Source: Candidatus Levyibacteriota bacterium (lineage in GTDB: Bacteria > Patescibacteriota > Microgenomatia > Levybacterales > UBA12049). From it: a stretch of DNA of 64,000 nt. The notes under the pieces were generated by a model. The model was not told the DNA's origin. It saw nothing but the letters and a program-made list of their open reading frames with translations, and searched no databases. The translations under genes were made by a program, and so were the position numbers. The stretch spans positions 695,740-759,739 of the forward strand of contig CP066685.1 in NCBI GenBank assembly GCA_016432345.1. Direction: 5' to 3'. This document shows positions 30,126 to 39,614 of this stretch, in pieces. Positions within the stretch are counted from its first letter, which is position 1; every line of letters starts with the position of its first letter.

Positions 30126-31279
30126 ATATTAAGATCTATCCATCTAAAATATCAGGAGTCATAAATGCGCCGCCATCCAAAAGTATAACACACCGAGCTA
30201 TTATTGCCGCTGCTTTAGCGCATGGAACCTCTGTAATAAAAAACGTGCTTTTTTCCGATGACACAAAATACACAATTCATGCGCTACAACAACTAGGTGT
30301 AGAAATAGAACAAAACAAAACAACACTAACTATTTATGGAACTGGTGGAAAACTTATTGCTCCCAAAAAACCGCTATATGTAGGCAACTCCGGGTCAACA
30401 CTTCGCATGATCACTGCTATTGCGTCATTAGCAAAAGGTGAAACAATAATTACAGGAGAAAAACGACTGCAAAAACGCCCCATCCAAGATCTTCTTGACG
30501 CGTTAAAACAAATCAATACAAGTATAATTACAATTGATGGATCGAAAAGCTCACAGTATATTACCGCACTGCTGCTTATTGCTCCATTTGCAAAAAACAC
30601 TTTGGAAATTATTATTAAAGGGGATCTTCGTTCAAAACCATATGTTCTATTAACTCTTGATGTAATGAAATCATTCGGCGTTTCTTTCCACCTTAGAGGT
30701 GGAAACCTATTGACACCTTTGGAAAAAAACCAAAAATATAAAGGTAGAAAATATACGGTTGAAGGAGATTTTTCCTCTGCGGCATACTTTTTTGCAGCGG
30801 CCGCAATAACAAAAGGCAAAATAACAGTAAAAAATCTTAATAAGAATTCTGCGCAGGGAGACAAGAATTTTCTTAACCTCCTGCAAAAAATAGGAAGCAC
30901 TGTTGATATGAATGATTATCCTGATATTGTTCAAACACTGGCTGTTGTTGCTGCCTTTACCAAAGGAAAAACCACTATTACAAATATAAATCATTTAAAA
31001 GACAAAGAAACAAATCGTATTTCTGCGACTGCAAAGGAGCTTAGGAAAATGGGAATTGCAGTAAAAGCAACAAATGACAAACTCATTATACAGGGGGGAA
31101 TACCAAAAGGAGCAGTAATTAACACATATAACGATCACAGAATGGCCATGAGTTTTGCTGTTGCTGGTCTTGCCGCAATGGGTGAAACGATTATTCAAAA
31201 TGCAGAAGTAGTTAACAAATCGTATCCCAATTTTTGGAAAGATTTGCAAAATCTTGGAGCAAAAATAGAAGTTATATGA
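30122..31279 (+). CDS. aroA: EPSP synthase, shortened (385 aa)
   Basis: PPSKS, GNSGS, SSQ, EGDFSSA, KETNR, DHRMAM, KSYP. Confidence 0.93.
   Translation: MNIKIYPSKISGVINAPPSKSITHRAIIAAALAHGTSVIKNVLFSDDTKYTIHALQQLGVEIEQNKTTLTIYGTGGKLIAPKKPLYVGNSGSTLRMITAIASLAKGETIITGEKRLQKRPIQDLLDALKQINTSIITIDGSKSSQYITALLLIAPFAKNTLEIIIKGDLRSKPYVLLTLDVMKSFGVSFHLRGGNLLTPLEKNQKYKGRKYTVEGDFSSAAYFFAAAAITKGKITVKNLNKNSAQGDKNFLNLLQKIGSTVDMNDYPDIVQTLAVVAAFTKGKTTITNINHLKDKETNRISATAKELRKMGIAVKATNDKLIIQGGIPKGAVINTYNDHRMAMSFAVAGLAAMGETIIQNAEVVNKSYPNFWKDLQNLGAKIEVI
30685..30719 (+). repeat. copy of the RAYT-flanking REP inside aroA
   Basis: 33/35 nt identical to 39616-39650. Confidence 0.9.
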
Positions 31280-31779
31280 ACATTGTTTTAATTGGTATGA
31301 GGGGAGCTGGTAAAACAACTGTGGCAAAACTGTTGTCTAAAAAACTGCAAAAAGAAGTTTTGGAAACAGATGACTTTATTGCAAAAAAGGCAGGTATGAC
31401 TATTGCCGAAATTGTTTTAATGAAGGGTTGGGATTATTTTCGCGATGTTGAAACGGAAGTAATTGCCGATATTTCAAAAAAAGATAATGTAATTATTTCC
31501 TGCGGCGGGGGCGTTGTAATAAGACCAAAAAATATAGATTTGTTAAAACAAAATGGGAAAATTTTTTGGCTGCAAGTTAGTGTTGCAACGCTTCTTAACA
31601 GAATCGGACACGACCAAAACCGACCATCACTCACTGGTAAGCCGCAAAAAGAGGATATGGAAGAAACGCTAAAAAAACGATATACACTATATAAAAACGC
31701 AAGCAATGTTAGTATTGATACAGAAAAACTAACTAAAAAAGAAGTGGCGCAAAAAATAATTGATTCATTATGGAAATAA
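31276..31779 (+). CDS. aroK: shikimate kinase
   Basis: GMRGAGKTT, FRDxE, GGG, RP. Confidence 0.93.
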   Translation: MNIVLIGMRGAGKTTVAKLLSKKLQKEVLETDDFIAKKAGMTIAEIVLMKGWDYFRDVETEVIADISKKDNVIISCGGGVVIRPKNIDLLKQNGKIFWLQVSVATLLNRIGHDQNRPSLTGKPQKEDMEETLKKRYTLYKNASNVSIDTEKLTKKEVAQKIIDSLWK

Positions 31780-32546
31780 ATTCACAAACACAACTTTGCT
31801 GCATTATCGGTAATCCAGTAGAACATTCTCTTTCGCCAACAATTCATAATGCAGCTTATGATAATTTAGGACTAAATTTTGTTTACCTGTCATTTCGGGT
31901 AACTGATGTAAAAAATGCCATTGCGGGAATTAGAGCCCTCGGAATAAAAGGAATAAGTATTACAATTCCTCATAAAATCACTGTTATGCCGCTACTTGAT
32001 GAAATTGATAAATCAGCAAAAGAAATTGGCGCAGTGAATACTATTATAAACAACAACGGAAAACTAAAAGGTTTTAATACCGATTATAAAGGCGCCATAC
32101 GAGCTCTTGAAGAAAAAACAACGCTTACCGGAAAACACGTTGTATTACTCGGTAAAGGTGGAGCAGGAAAAGCAATTGCCTTTGGGCTTAAAGAAAAAAA
32201 TGCATCAGTCTTTATCGTTAACAGAGCAATAGAAAAGACAAAAGTTTTAGCAGAAATTAAGAAAGCAGATATACTAATCAATGCCACGCCTATTGGCATG
32301 CATCCAAAAACAGAAGAATCGTTAATACCCAAAAAATATCTTCATAAAAACCTGATTGTTTTCGATATTGTCTATAACCCAAAAGAAACAAAATTACTAA
32401 AATATGCAAAAGAAGCTGGATGTGCAATTGTCTATGGTTATAAAATGCTCTTATACCAGGCAGTATCGCAGTTTGAGCTTTTTACCAATCACAAAGCGCC
32501 AGTTGCTATAATGGAGGAGGCTTTATTATTATGCTTAAATTCTTAA
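31770..32546 (+). CDS. aroE: shikimate dehydrogenase
   Basis: HSLSP, TIPHK, AVNT, NTD, NATPIGM. Confidence 0.94.
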   Translation: MEINSQTQLCCIIGNPVEHSLSPTIHNAAYDNLGLNFVYLSFRVTDVKNAIAGIRALGIKGISITIPHKITVMPLLDEIDKSAKEIGAVNTIINNNGKLKGFNTDYKGAIRALEEKTTLTGKHVVLLGKGGAGKAIAFGLKEKNASVFIVNRAIEKTKVLAEIKKADILINATPIGMHPKTEESLIPKKYLHKNLIVFDIVYNPKETKLLKYAKEAGCAIVYGYKMLLYQAVSQFELFTNHKAPVAIMEEALLLCLNS

Positions 32547-33658
32547 CAGCAGGCGAATCACACGGTAAAGCAGAAATTGCTATTTTAGAAGGCATGCCGG
32601 CCGGTCTTTTCATTTCCCATGAAGACATAAATCGCGAATTAAAAAAGCGCATGCATGACTACGGACGAGGAGGACGGGCAGAAATAGAAACTGACGAGGC
32701 GAAAATTCTCTCCGGAGTTAGACAGGGAAAAACCATCGGCAGCCCAATTGCCTTGCTTGTAGAAAACAAAGACCAGGCTAAATGGGAAGATAAAATAACC
32801 AAACCCCGTCCAGGACACGCAGATTTAGCGGGAAGTTTAAAATACGGCTTTGATGATGTCCGAAATGTTTTGGAAAGAGCATCGGCTCGAGAAACAGTGA
32901 TGCGGGTGGCAGTTGGCGCTGTTTGTAAAAAGTTTTTATCTGAATTTGGCATAGAAATTGCCAGTCATACAATTCGTATCGGCAAAATTGCCATTACAAA
33001 AACTGATTATTCATTTGATGAAATAAAAGATATTTATATAAAAGATCCCGATGTCCATTGTATTGACAAAAACACTCAAGAAAAAATGAAACAAGAAATA
33101 ACAAATGCTCGTCTTAACAAAGATACCTTGGGAGGAATTGTAGAAATTATTGCTCATAATGTTCCAGTAGGTCTTGGCAGTTATGTTCATTTTGACAAAA
33201 GACTTGATGCCAACATTGCACAAGCTTTAATGAGTGTACCATCGGTAAAAGCTGTAGAAATCGGCAATGGCATCGAAGCATCTGGCAAAACAGGAAAAGA
33301 AATACAAGATGCAATTACTGTTTCTAATAATTCTATACAACGAAAAACCAATAATATGGGAGGCATTGAAGGCGGCATGAGCAATGGAGAAGATATTGTC
33401 TGTCGAGTCTACCATAAACCTCTTTCGACAATTTATGATCCTCTCCCAACTGTTGATATAAAAACAAAAGAAAAAACTGTTGCAGCTATTGAAAGATCGG
33501 ATGTATGCGTGGCGCCTCGCGCTGGGGTTGTATCAGAAAGCATGATTGCATATACACTTGCTCAAGCAATGTTAGAAAAATTTGGCGGAGATTCATTACA
33601 AGAAACAAAAAGAAATTTTGACGCATACATTAAATTACTGCCGATTAAACGCGTATGA
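32531..33658 (+). CDS. aroC: chorismate synthase
   Basis: TAGESHG, PRPGHAD, ERASARET, GGIEGG. Confidence 0.96.
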   Translation: MLKFLTAGESHGKAEIAILEGMPAGLFISHEDINRELKKRMHDYGRGGRAEIETDEAKILSGVRQGKTIGSPIALLVENKDQAKWEDKITKPRPGHADLAGSLKYGFDDVRNVLERASARETVMRVAVGAVCKKFLSEFGIEIASHTIRIGKIAITKTDYSFDEIKDIYIKDPDVHCIDKNTQEKMKQEITNARLNKDTLGGIVEIIAHNVPVGLGSYVHFDKRLDANIAQALMSVPSVKAVEIGNGIEASGKTGKEIQDAITVSNNSIQRKTNNMGGIEGGMSNGEDIVCRVYHKPLSTIYDPLPTVDIKTKEKTVAAIERSDVCVAPRAGVVSESMIAYTLAQAMLEKFGGDSLQETKRNFDAYIKLLPIKRV

Positions 33659-35328
33659 AAAATAATCAACCATTAATTGGCATTATTGGCGGAACTGGAA
33701 AAATGGGGCAGTGGTTCACCCAGTTTTTCCAGGATCATGAGCTATTGGTACTCACTGCTTCGAGAAAAACAGCTCTTTCGATAGAATCTCTTGCCAAAAA
33801 AGCAAACATCATTATAGTTTCTGTTCCCATCTCCGAAACGCAAAAAACACTTAAAAAAATTATTCCGCATATATCAAAAGACAAACTTCTAACAGACTTA
33901 ACATCATTCAAAGTAATGCCCATGGAAACAATGAAAGAGGCAGAATCTGGAACGTTAGGCATGCATCCGCTTTTTGGACCAAGCGCAACGCTTGATCAAA
34001 AATTAAAAATAGTTTTTTGCAAACAAAAAAATAATTCTCATGTTACTTTTTTAGAAGATCTTTTTACAAAATCAGGCATTGAAATAATTGAAATATCTGC
34101 CGAAGAACACGACTACCAAATGGCTTACATTCAAGCATTCACCAATGCTATAAATTTACTATATGCCAAAATTATTTTTGAGCATAAAAACGTGCTAGAA
34201 AACAAACTGCATACACCTATTTTTACTTTACAATCACTTATTATGGGTAGAGTTTTAAACCAGGATATAAAATTAACCAGTGATTTACAATTATATAATC
34301 CCTATTTTTTGCCCGTACTAGAAGCATTTGTTACTCAGGCAAAAAAGTTAGAAACTATTATTGAAAAAGAAGATGAAAAAGCATTTGTCGAAATGTTTTC
34401 CGAAGAACAAGCGTTGACAAAAAATTTTGCCAGTTTTTCCACATTACAAACAAATAAGCTGCTGCTGCAAGTCAACAATGTTACAGTAACAATTCCATCT
34501 AAAATTTCGGAAATTGATTTGTCAAAAAATGCAGATGTTGCATATTTAGGACCGGAAGGAACATTTTCTCATCTGGCAGTTTTAACTGCTATGCCTCATA
34601 ATACAAAAGTTTCCTACGAAACTATATATGATATTTTTAACGCCGTACAAAATGGAGATATTAAATTAGGCATTATCCCCGCAGAAAACTCAATAGAGGG
34701 AACAGTTAAAGAAACATTAGATTATCTTATTGATTTTTCTTTAATGGTTATTGGTTCTTTCGAACTTCCTATTCATCAACAGTTTCTCTCGAAAGAAAAA
34801 AATTTAACAAATATTCACACTGTCGCATCACATCCTCAAGCCCTTGCCCAATGCAGAAACTGGATTAAAAAGCATGTGCCAAACGCCAAAACAATTTCAA
34901 CATCAAGCACTACAAACGCCTTACAAAATCCCCAAAAAGGCTACGCCTACATTGCGTCAAAACTTGCTGCAAAGCAATACCATATGTCTATCCTTGTAAA
35001 AGACATAGAAGATAACCCAAACAACAGGACAAAATTCTATATTGTAGCCAGAAAAAAAATAAAAATTGATGGCATAAGCAATAACAAAACATTGATCTTT
35101 GCTACAGTGCATAATAGAGTAGGAATCCTTCGCGACATTCTAAACGTTTTTGCAACCCATCAAATAAATTTAACAAAATTAGAATCAAGACCAAGCGGCG
35201 GCAAACATGTTTGGGACTATCACTTTTTTATTGAATTTGAAAAGAATCAAAAAAATGTTTCCCTCTCACAACTGTTTAGCGAACTTAAGCCATACTGCCC
35301 AATCATTCGAACCTTGGGAAAAACATGA
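33655..35328 (+). CDS. prephenate dehydrogenase-prephenate dehydratase fusion
   Basis: GGTGKMG/HPLFGP/EEHD (TyrA) followed by YLGPEGTFSH/ENSIEG/SHPQAL/TKF/LESRP (PheA plus ACT). Confidence 0.9.
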   Translation: MKNNQPLIGIIGGTGKMGQWFTQFFQDHELLVLTASRKTALSIESLAKKANIIIVSVPISETQKTLKKIIPHISKDKLLTDLTSFKVMPMETMKEAESGTLGMHPLFGPSATLDQKLKIVFCKQKNNSHVTFLEDLFTKSGIEIIEISAEEHDYQMAYIQAFTNAINLLYAKIIFEHKNVLENKLHTPIFTLQSLIMGRVLNQDIKLTSDLQLYNPYFLPVLEAFVTQAKKLETIIEKEDEKAFVEMFSEEQALTKNFASFSTLQTNKLLLQVNNVTVTIPSKISEIDLSKNADVAYLGPEGTFSHLAVLTAMPHNTKVSYETIYDIFNAVQNGDIKLGIIPAENSIEGTVKETLDYLIDFSLMVIGSFELPIHQQFLSKEKNLTNIHTVASHPQALAQCRNWIKKHVPNAKTISTSSTTNALQNPQKGYAYIASKLAAKQYHMSILVKDIEDNPNNRTKFYIVARKKIKIDGISNNKTLIFATVHNRVGILRDILNVFATHQINLTKLESRPSGGKHVWDYHFFIEFEKNQKNVSLSQLFSELKPYCPIIRTLGKT

Positions 35329-35340
35329 TATACTAAATAT

Positions 35341-35601
35341 ATGGATCAACTAGAAATATTACGAAAAAATATAGACCAGATTGACAACGATATTTTAACT
35401 CTTTTAGTAAAACGGTTTTCTCTTGTTAAAAAAATTGGAGTGTATAAAAAAAATAATAATATGTTGATTGTAAATAAAAATAGGGAAGAAGAAAAAATAA
35501 ATGCTTTAATCAAAACTGGCAATATGTTTAACATGTCAAAAGAATTTATCCAAAATATCTGGCAAACAATTTTTGCAGAAAGTTATAAACTGGAAATATA
35601 A
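35341..35601 (+). CDS. chorismate mutase, AroQ type
   Basis: LRxxIDxID...R...K...RE pattern. Confidence 0.9.
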   Translation: MDQLEILRKNIDQIDNDILTLLVKRFSLVKKIGVYKKNNNMLIVNKNREEEKINALIKTGNMFNMSKEFIQNIWQTIFAESYKLEI

Positions 35602-35607
35602 TATCTT

Positions 35608-36525
35608 ATGCCAACAGTATATTTTAACGGCAAATTTATTCCCGAAAACCAAGCTTTAGTACCAATCAATACTCATGCTTTGCATTATGGCACTGGCTGT
35701 TTTGAAGGAATAAGAGCTTACTATTCGGAAAAAGAAAATGCCTTATTAGTATTTCGCATGCAGGATCATTACAAAAGATTTTTGCAATCGTGTAAAATCT
35801 TAATGACAACCCCTGAAGAATCGGTTGATAAATTATGTGAGATAACAACTAAACTTATTCAAAAAAACTTTGAAAAAATTGATTTATACATTCGACCGCT
35901 GGCTTACAAAGCCGATCGGGCTGTCGGGAATTTTAATTTAAAATTCCTTAAAAACGGCTTGGCAATTTATACAATTGCCTTTGGCCGCTACCTTAACACC
36001 GACAAAGGTATTAGAGCAAACGTTAGCTCCTGGCGAAGAATTCCTGACAATGTTATTCCTGCTAGAGCCAAAATTACCGGCGGTTATGTAAATAGTTCTT
36101 TGGCCAAAACAGAAAGTTTGTTAGCCGGATATGAAGAAGCGCTATTCTTAGATAATCAAGGACACGTCATGGAAGGCACTGGAGAAAATATTTTTATTGT
36201 TAGAGACGGCATTGTTATAACCCCGCCAGAATCAGACGATATTTTAATTGGCATCACAAGACTTACCGTGATGACTCTTTTAAAAAATGATTTGGGAATC
36301 ACAGTTATTGAAAGGAGTATTGATAGAGCAGAGCTTTATCAAACCGACGAAGTTTTTGTGGTAGGAACTGCCGCAGAAGTTACGCCAGTTGTAGAAATCG
36401 ATGGAAGAATAATTAGCAACGGTAAAATTGGCAAAATAACAGCAGATGTAAAAGATTTATATTTTAAACTTGTTCATGGAGATTATCCAAAATATAGAAA
36501 ATTTATCACAAAAGTAGAGCTATAA
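35608..36525 (+). CDS. ilvE: branched-chain amino acid aminotransferase
   Basis: HALHYG.FEGIRAY, AKITGGY, EGTGEN, GITR, GTAAE. Confidence 0.94.
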   Translation: MPTVYFNGKFIPENQALVPINTHALHYGTGCFEGIRAYYSEKENALLVFRMQDHYKRFLQSCKILMTTPEESVDKLCEITTKLIQKNFEKIDLYIRPLAYKADRAVGNFNLKFLKNGLAIYTIAFGRYLNTDKGIRANVSSWRRIPDNVIPARAKITGGYVNSSLAKTESLLAGYEEALFLDNQGHVMEGTGENIFIVRDGIVITPPESDDILIGITRLTVMTLLKNDLGITVIERSIDRAELYQTDEVFVVGTAAEVTPVVEIDGRIISNGKIGKITADVKDLYFKLVHGDYPKYRKFITKVEL

Positions 36526-36527
36526 AC

Positions 36528-37565
36528 ATGGAAGAGCAACTAATCGATATTAAAAATGCCGCGCTTTCTTTAATTCTTGATGCAAAAGATAAGGCAGAAC
36601 TCGAGGAAATAAAATTACAATTTTTAGGAAGAAACGGCACATTTACTTTAATATTAAAAGACCTTCCAAAAATCCCAAAAGAAAAAAGGCCTGCCGTTGG
36701 ACAACTAGCTAATAGTGTCAAAATAACGATCTCTGACGCAATTGATAGACAAAACTTAAAACTAAAAACCGAAAAACCAAAACAGCAAAAAGATGTTCTT
36801 GATGTTACCATGCCTGGCCACAAACCGCCGCTTGGACACCATCATCTTATTACCCAAGCAATTTCAGAGATTACTGCTATATTTGAAAAAATTGGTTTTA
36901 CCCGCGTCAAATACCCAGAGGTCGAATGGGATTGGTACGCCTTTGAAGGATTGAATTTTCCTAAAGATCACCCAGCCCGAGACGACTGGGAAACATTTTT
37001 TATCAAACAAAAACCAGATCCTAAAAAAGGCCCGGTTATTTTAACCCCTCATACTTCTTCCGGGCAGATTAGAGAAATGGAACGGGTAAAAACTCCTCCA
37101 ATTAGAATGCTTAACATCGCCAAATGCTACCGAAGACAATCTGACGTTTCTCATTCACCAATGTTTCACCAATTTGAAGGATTAGTAGTAGACAAAAATA
37201 TTTCAATCACACATCTAAAAGGAACGCTTGATTATTTTGTTAAATCATACTTTGGCGCCAACAGAAAATCTCGAATTAGACCATACCATTTTCAGTTTAC
37301 CGAACCGTCATTTGAAGTTGATGTTTCCTGTGGCATTTGTCTTGGCCGAGGATGTAAACTTTGTAAAGCAGGATGGTTGGAAATGGGAGGAGCAGGCATG
37401 GTCCATCCAAATGTTCTAAAATTTGGGGGAATTAATTCTAAAGAGTACTCTGGATTTGCTTTTGGTTGGGGAGTCGAACGAGTGTTGATGATGAAAGAAG
37501 GAATAGAGATAGACGATCTGCGATTATTATATTCCAATAATTTAGATTTCTTAGAGCAATTCTAG
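36528..37565 (+). CDS. pheS: phenylalanyl-tRNA synthetase alpha subunit
   Basis: HPAR, FHQFEG, FQFTEPS, GFAFGWGVER. Confidence 0.97.
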   Translation: MEEQLIDIKNAALSLILDAKDKAELEEIKLQFLGRNGTFTLILKDLPKIPKEKRPAVGQLANSVKITISDAIDRQNLKLKTEKPKQQKDVLDVTMPGHKPPLGHHHLITQAISEITAIFEKIGFTRVKYPEVEWDWYAFEGLNFPKDHPARDDWETFFIKQKPDPKKGPVILTPHTSSGQIREMERVKTPPIRMLNIAKCYRRQSDVSHSPMFHQFEGLVVDKNISITHLKGTLDYFVKSYFGANRKSRIRPYHFQFTEPSFEVDVSCGICLGRGCKLCKAGWLEMGGAGMVHPNVLKFGGINSKEYSGFAFGWGVERVLMMKEGIEIDDLRLLYSNNLDFLEQF

Positions 37566-37568
37566 TAT

Positions 37569-37643
37569 CAGCGTATAGTTAATAGCGTCTAGCGTATAGT
37601 TTTAGATTTAACTAAACGCTAATTTCTAAACGCTATACGCTAA
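37569..37643 (+). repeat. about 75-bp TAGCGTA/TACGCTA imperfect inverted heptamer element, copy 1
   Basis: Heptamer units in inverted arrangement; similar to 48901-48973. Confidence 0.75.
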
Positions 37644-37647
37644 ATAT

Positions 37648-39609
37648 ATGAATATAAAAATTTTAGACAGTTGGCTTCGTCAACACATAAAAACAAAAGC
37701 CACGCCGGAAAAAATTGCCGAAATTTTATCTCTTACTTCTGTATCTGTTGAAAGAATTGAAAAAATCGACAATGATTTTATCTATGATATCGAAGTAACA
37801 ACAAACAGGCCAGACATTATGTCTGTTATTGGGCTGGCACGAGAAACTGCAGCAGCCTTAAAACAGTCCGGAATCGATGCAACATATATTCCTTATCTAC
37901 CAAAAGGGCTCGAAAAAGTAAAAAGTAATACCAAAGTTATTATTAAAAATGATGCAAGACTGGTAAATAGAATTTGTGCTGTTGTAATGGATGTGAACAT
38001 AAAACCAACTCCGGATATTATTACAAAAAGAATCGAAGCATCAGGCATTCGATCACTCAATAATCTTATTGATATAACAAATTATGTCATGCTGGAAATT
38101 GGTCATCCAACCCATGTCTTTGATTACGATAGATTACTAGAATCTACCCTTATCATTCGAGAGTCTAAAAAAGGAGAAAAAGTTACTACCCTTGATAACA
38201 AAACGCATACACTTCTAGGCGGAGATATTGTGGCAGATAACGGAAAAGGAGAAATTATAGATTTGCTGGGGATTATGGGCACAAAAAACAGTGTGGTAAC
38301 CAACAATACAAAAAGAATACTCTTCTTTATCGACAACAACGATCCTGTTCGCATTAGAAAAACATCTATGTCTTTAGGCATTCGAACAGATGCTGCTGTA
38401 ATAAACGAAAAAAATATCGATCCAACACTTGCTATGACTTCGCTGCTTGCCGGAATCGAGTTATACAAGGAATCGACAGATGGAAAAATGCTCTCCAACA
38501 TCATAGATATCTACCCAAATAAAGTAAAACCAAAAATAGTATCTGTAACACTCAAAAAAATTCAAACCCTTTTGGGCATCAACATAAACCTATCAACTGT
38601 TATACAAATCCTTAAAAGCCTAGAATTTGAAGTAGTAAGTAAAAAAAACGACCAATTGGTAGTTTCTGTACCCAGTTTTAGGACAAACGACGTTACGATA
38701 GAAGAGGATATTTGTGAAGAAGTCGCCCGCCTTTACGGGTACCATAACTTGCCGACTTTGCTTCCTCCACTTTCAAGTATCCAACATTACTCTGTTGAAA
38801 AAAACAGTTTTTATTGGGAGGAACGAATTAAAAATATCCTTAAGTACTGGGGATTTACCGAAATGTATACATATTCGTTGGTTTCAGAAGACTTGTTTGA
38901 TGGACCGGTAGAAAATGCAGTCAAGCTATCAAACCCATTAACAGAAGATATGTTATATCTACGAAAAACACTAATTCCCAGTCTTTTGCAGACGGTAAGA
39001 GAAAATAAAAACCGAGAGTCTATGATGATTTTTGAAATTGCCAATATTTACGAAAAAACAGATGACAAACATCTTCCTAACGAAATCCCAATGCTGGCCG
39101 GCATTGTAAAAAAACAAGATGTAACATTTTTCGACGTCAAGGGAATACTGGAACAGCTTTTTGCCGATGTAGGAATATCAAATATCCAATTCAAAAAAAA
39201 TAAAGAGGGGATAGAAAAAATACATATCCACTGCAATAACTCTGTTATTGGAGAAGTTGAAATCCTGGAAGAAACTTTAATTAACTTTGAAATAAATTTT
39301 GTAAAGTTATTGTCTTTCGTAAACAACAAAAAAGTCTATACCCCAATTGGCAAATATCCGCCAATTATTGAGGACATCGCTTTTATTTTTGAAAAACCAA
39401 TTACAGTTGGAGATGTTATTTCAGAAATAAAAAGCCAAGATCCTCTTATTAAAGAAGTTTCCCTATTAGATGCTTATGAGCATACAAAAACATTTCATAT
39501 TATTTACCAACATAGAGAAAAAAATCTTACTTCAGAGGATGTTGCACCCATCCGGGAAAAAATCCTCAAAGCAATTAAAGAAACCTTCTGTGCAAAAATA
39601 AAAGAATAA
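37648..39609 (+). CDS. pheT: phenylalanyl-tRNA synthetase beta subunit, short form
   Basis: TNRPD, DITNYVMLExGHPxHxFD, EEVARLYGY; 653 aa. Confidence 0.95.
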   Translation: MNIKILDSWLRQHIKTKATPEKIAEILSLTSVSVERIEKIDNDFIYDIEVTTNRPDIMSVIGLARETAAALKQSGIDATYIPYLPKGLEKVKSNTKVIIKNDARLVNRICAVVMDVNIKPTPDIITKRIEASGIRSLNNLIDITNYVMLEIGHPTHVFDYDRLLESTLIIRESKKGEKVTTLDNKTHTLLGGDIVADNGKGEIIDLLGIMGTKNSVVTNNTKRILFFIDNNDPVRIRKTSMSLGIRTDAAVINEKNIDPTLAMTSLLAGIELYKESTDGKMLSNIIDIYPNKVKPKIVSVTLKKIQTLLGININLSTVIQILKSLEFEVVSKKNDQLVVSVPSFRTNDVTIEEDICEEVARLYGYHNLPTLLPPLSSIQHYSVEKNSFYWEERIKNILKYWGFTEMYTYSLVSEDLFDGPVENAVKLSNPLTEDMLYLRKTLIPSLLQTVRENKNRESMMIFEIANIYEKTDDKHLPNEIPMLAGIVKKQDVTFFDVKGILEQLFADVGISNIQFKKNKEGIEKIHIHCNNSVIGEVEILEETLINFEINFVKLLSFVNNKKVYTPIGKYPPIIEDIAFIFEKPITVGDVISEIKSQDPLIKEVSLLDAYEHTKTFHIIYQHREKNLTSEDVAPIREKILKAIKETFCAKIKE

Positions 39610-39614
39610 ACTAC

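Noticed and set aside
37569-37643. Possible CRISPR array in the heptamer regions
   Set aside because: No 23-47 bp repeats with unique spacers, and no cas genes
25433-39609. Short ThrS, PheT and trigger factor, and non-ATG infC start, as novelties
   Set aside because: Consistent with known CPR streamlining and general IF-3 autoregulation
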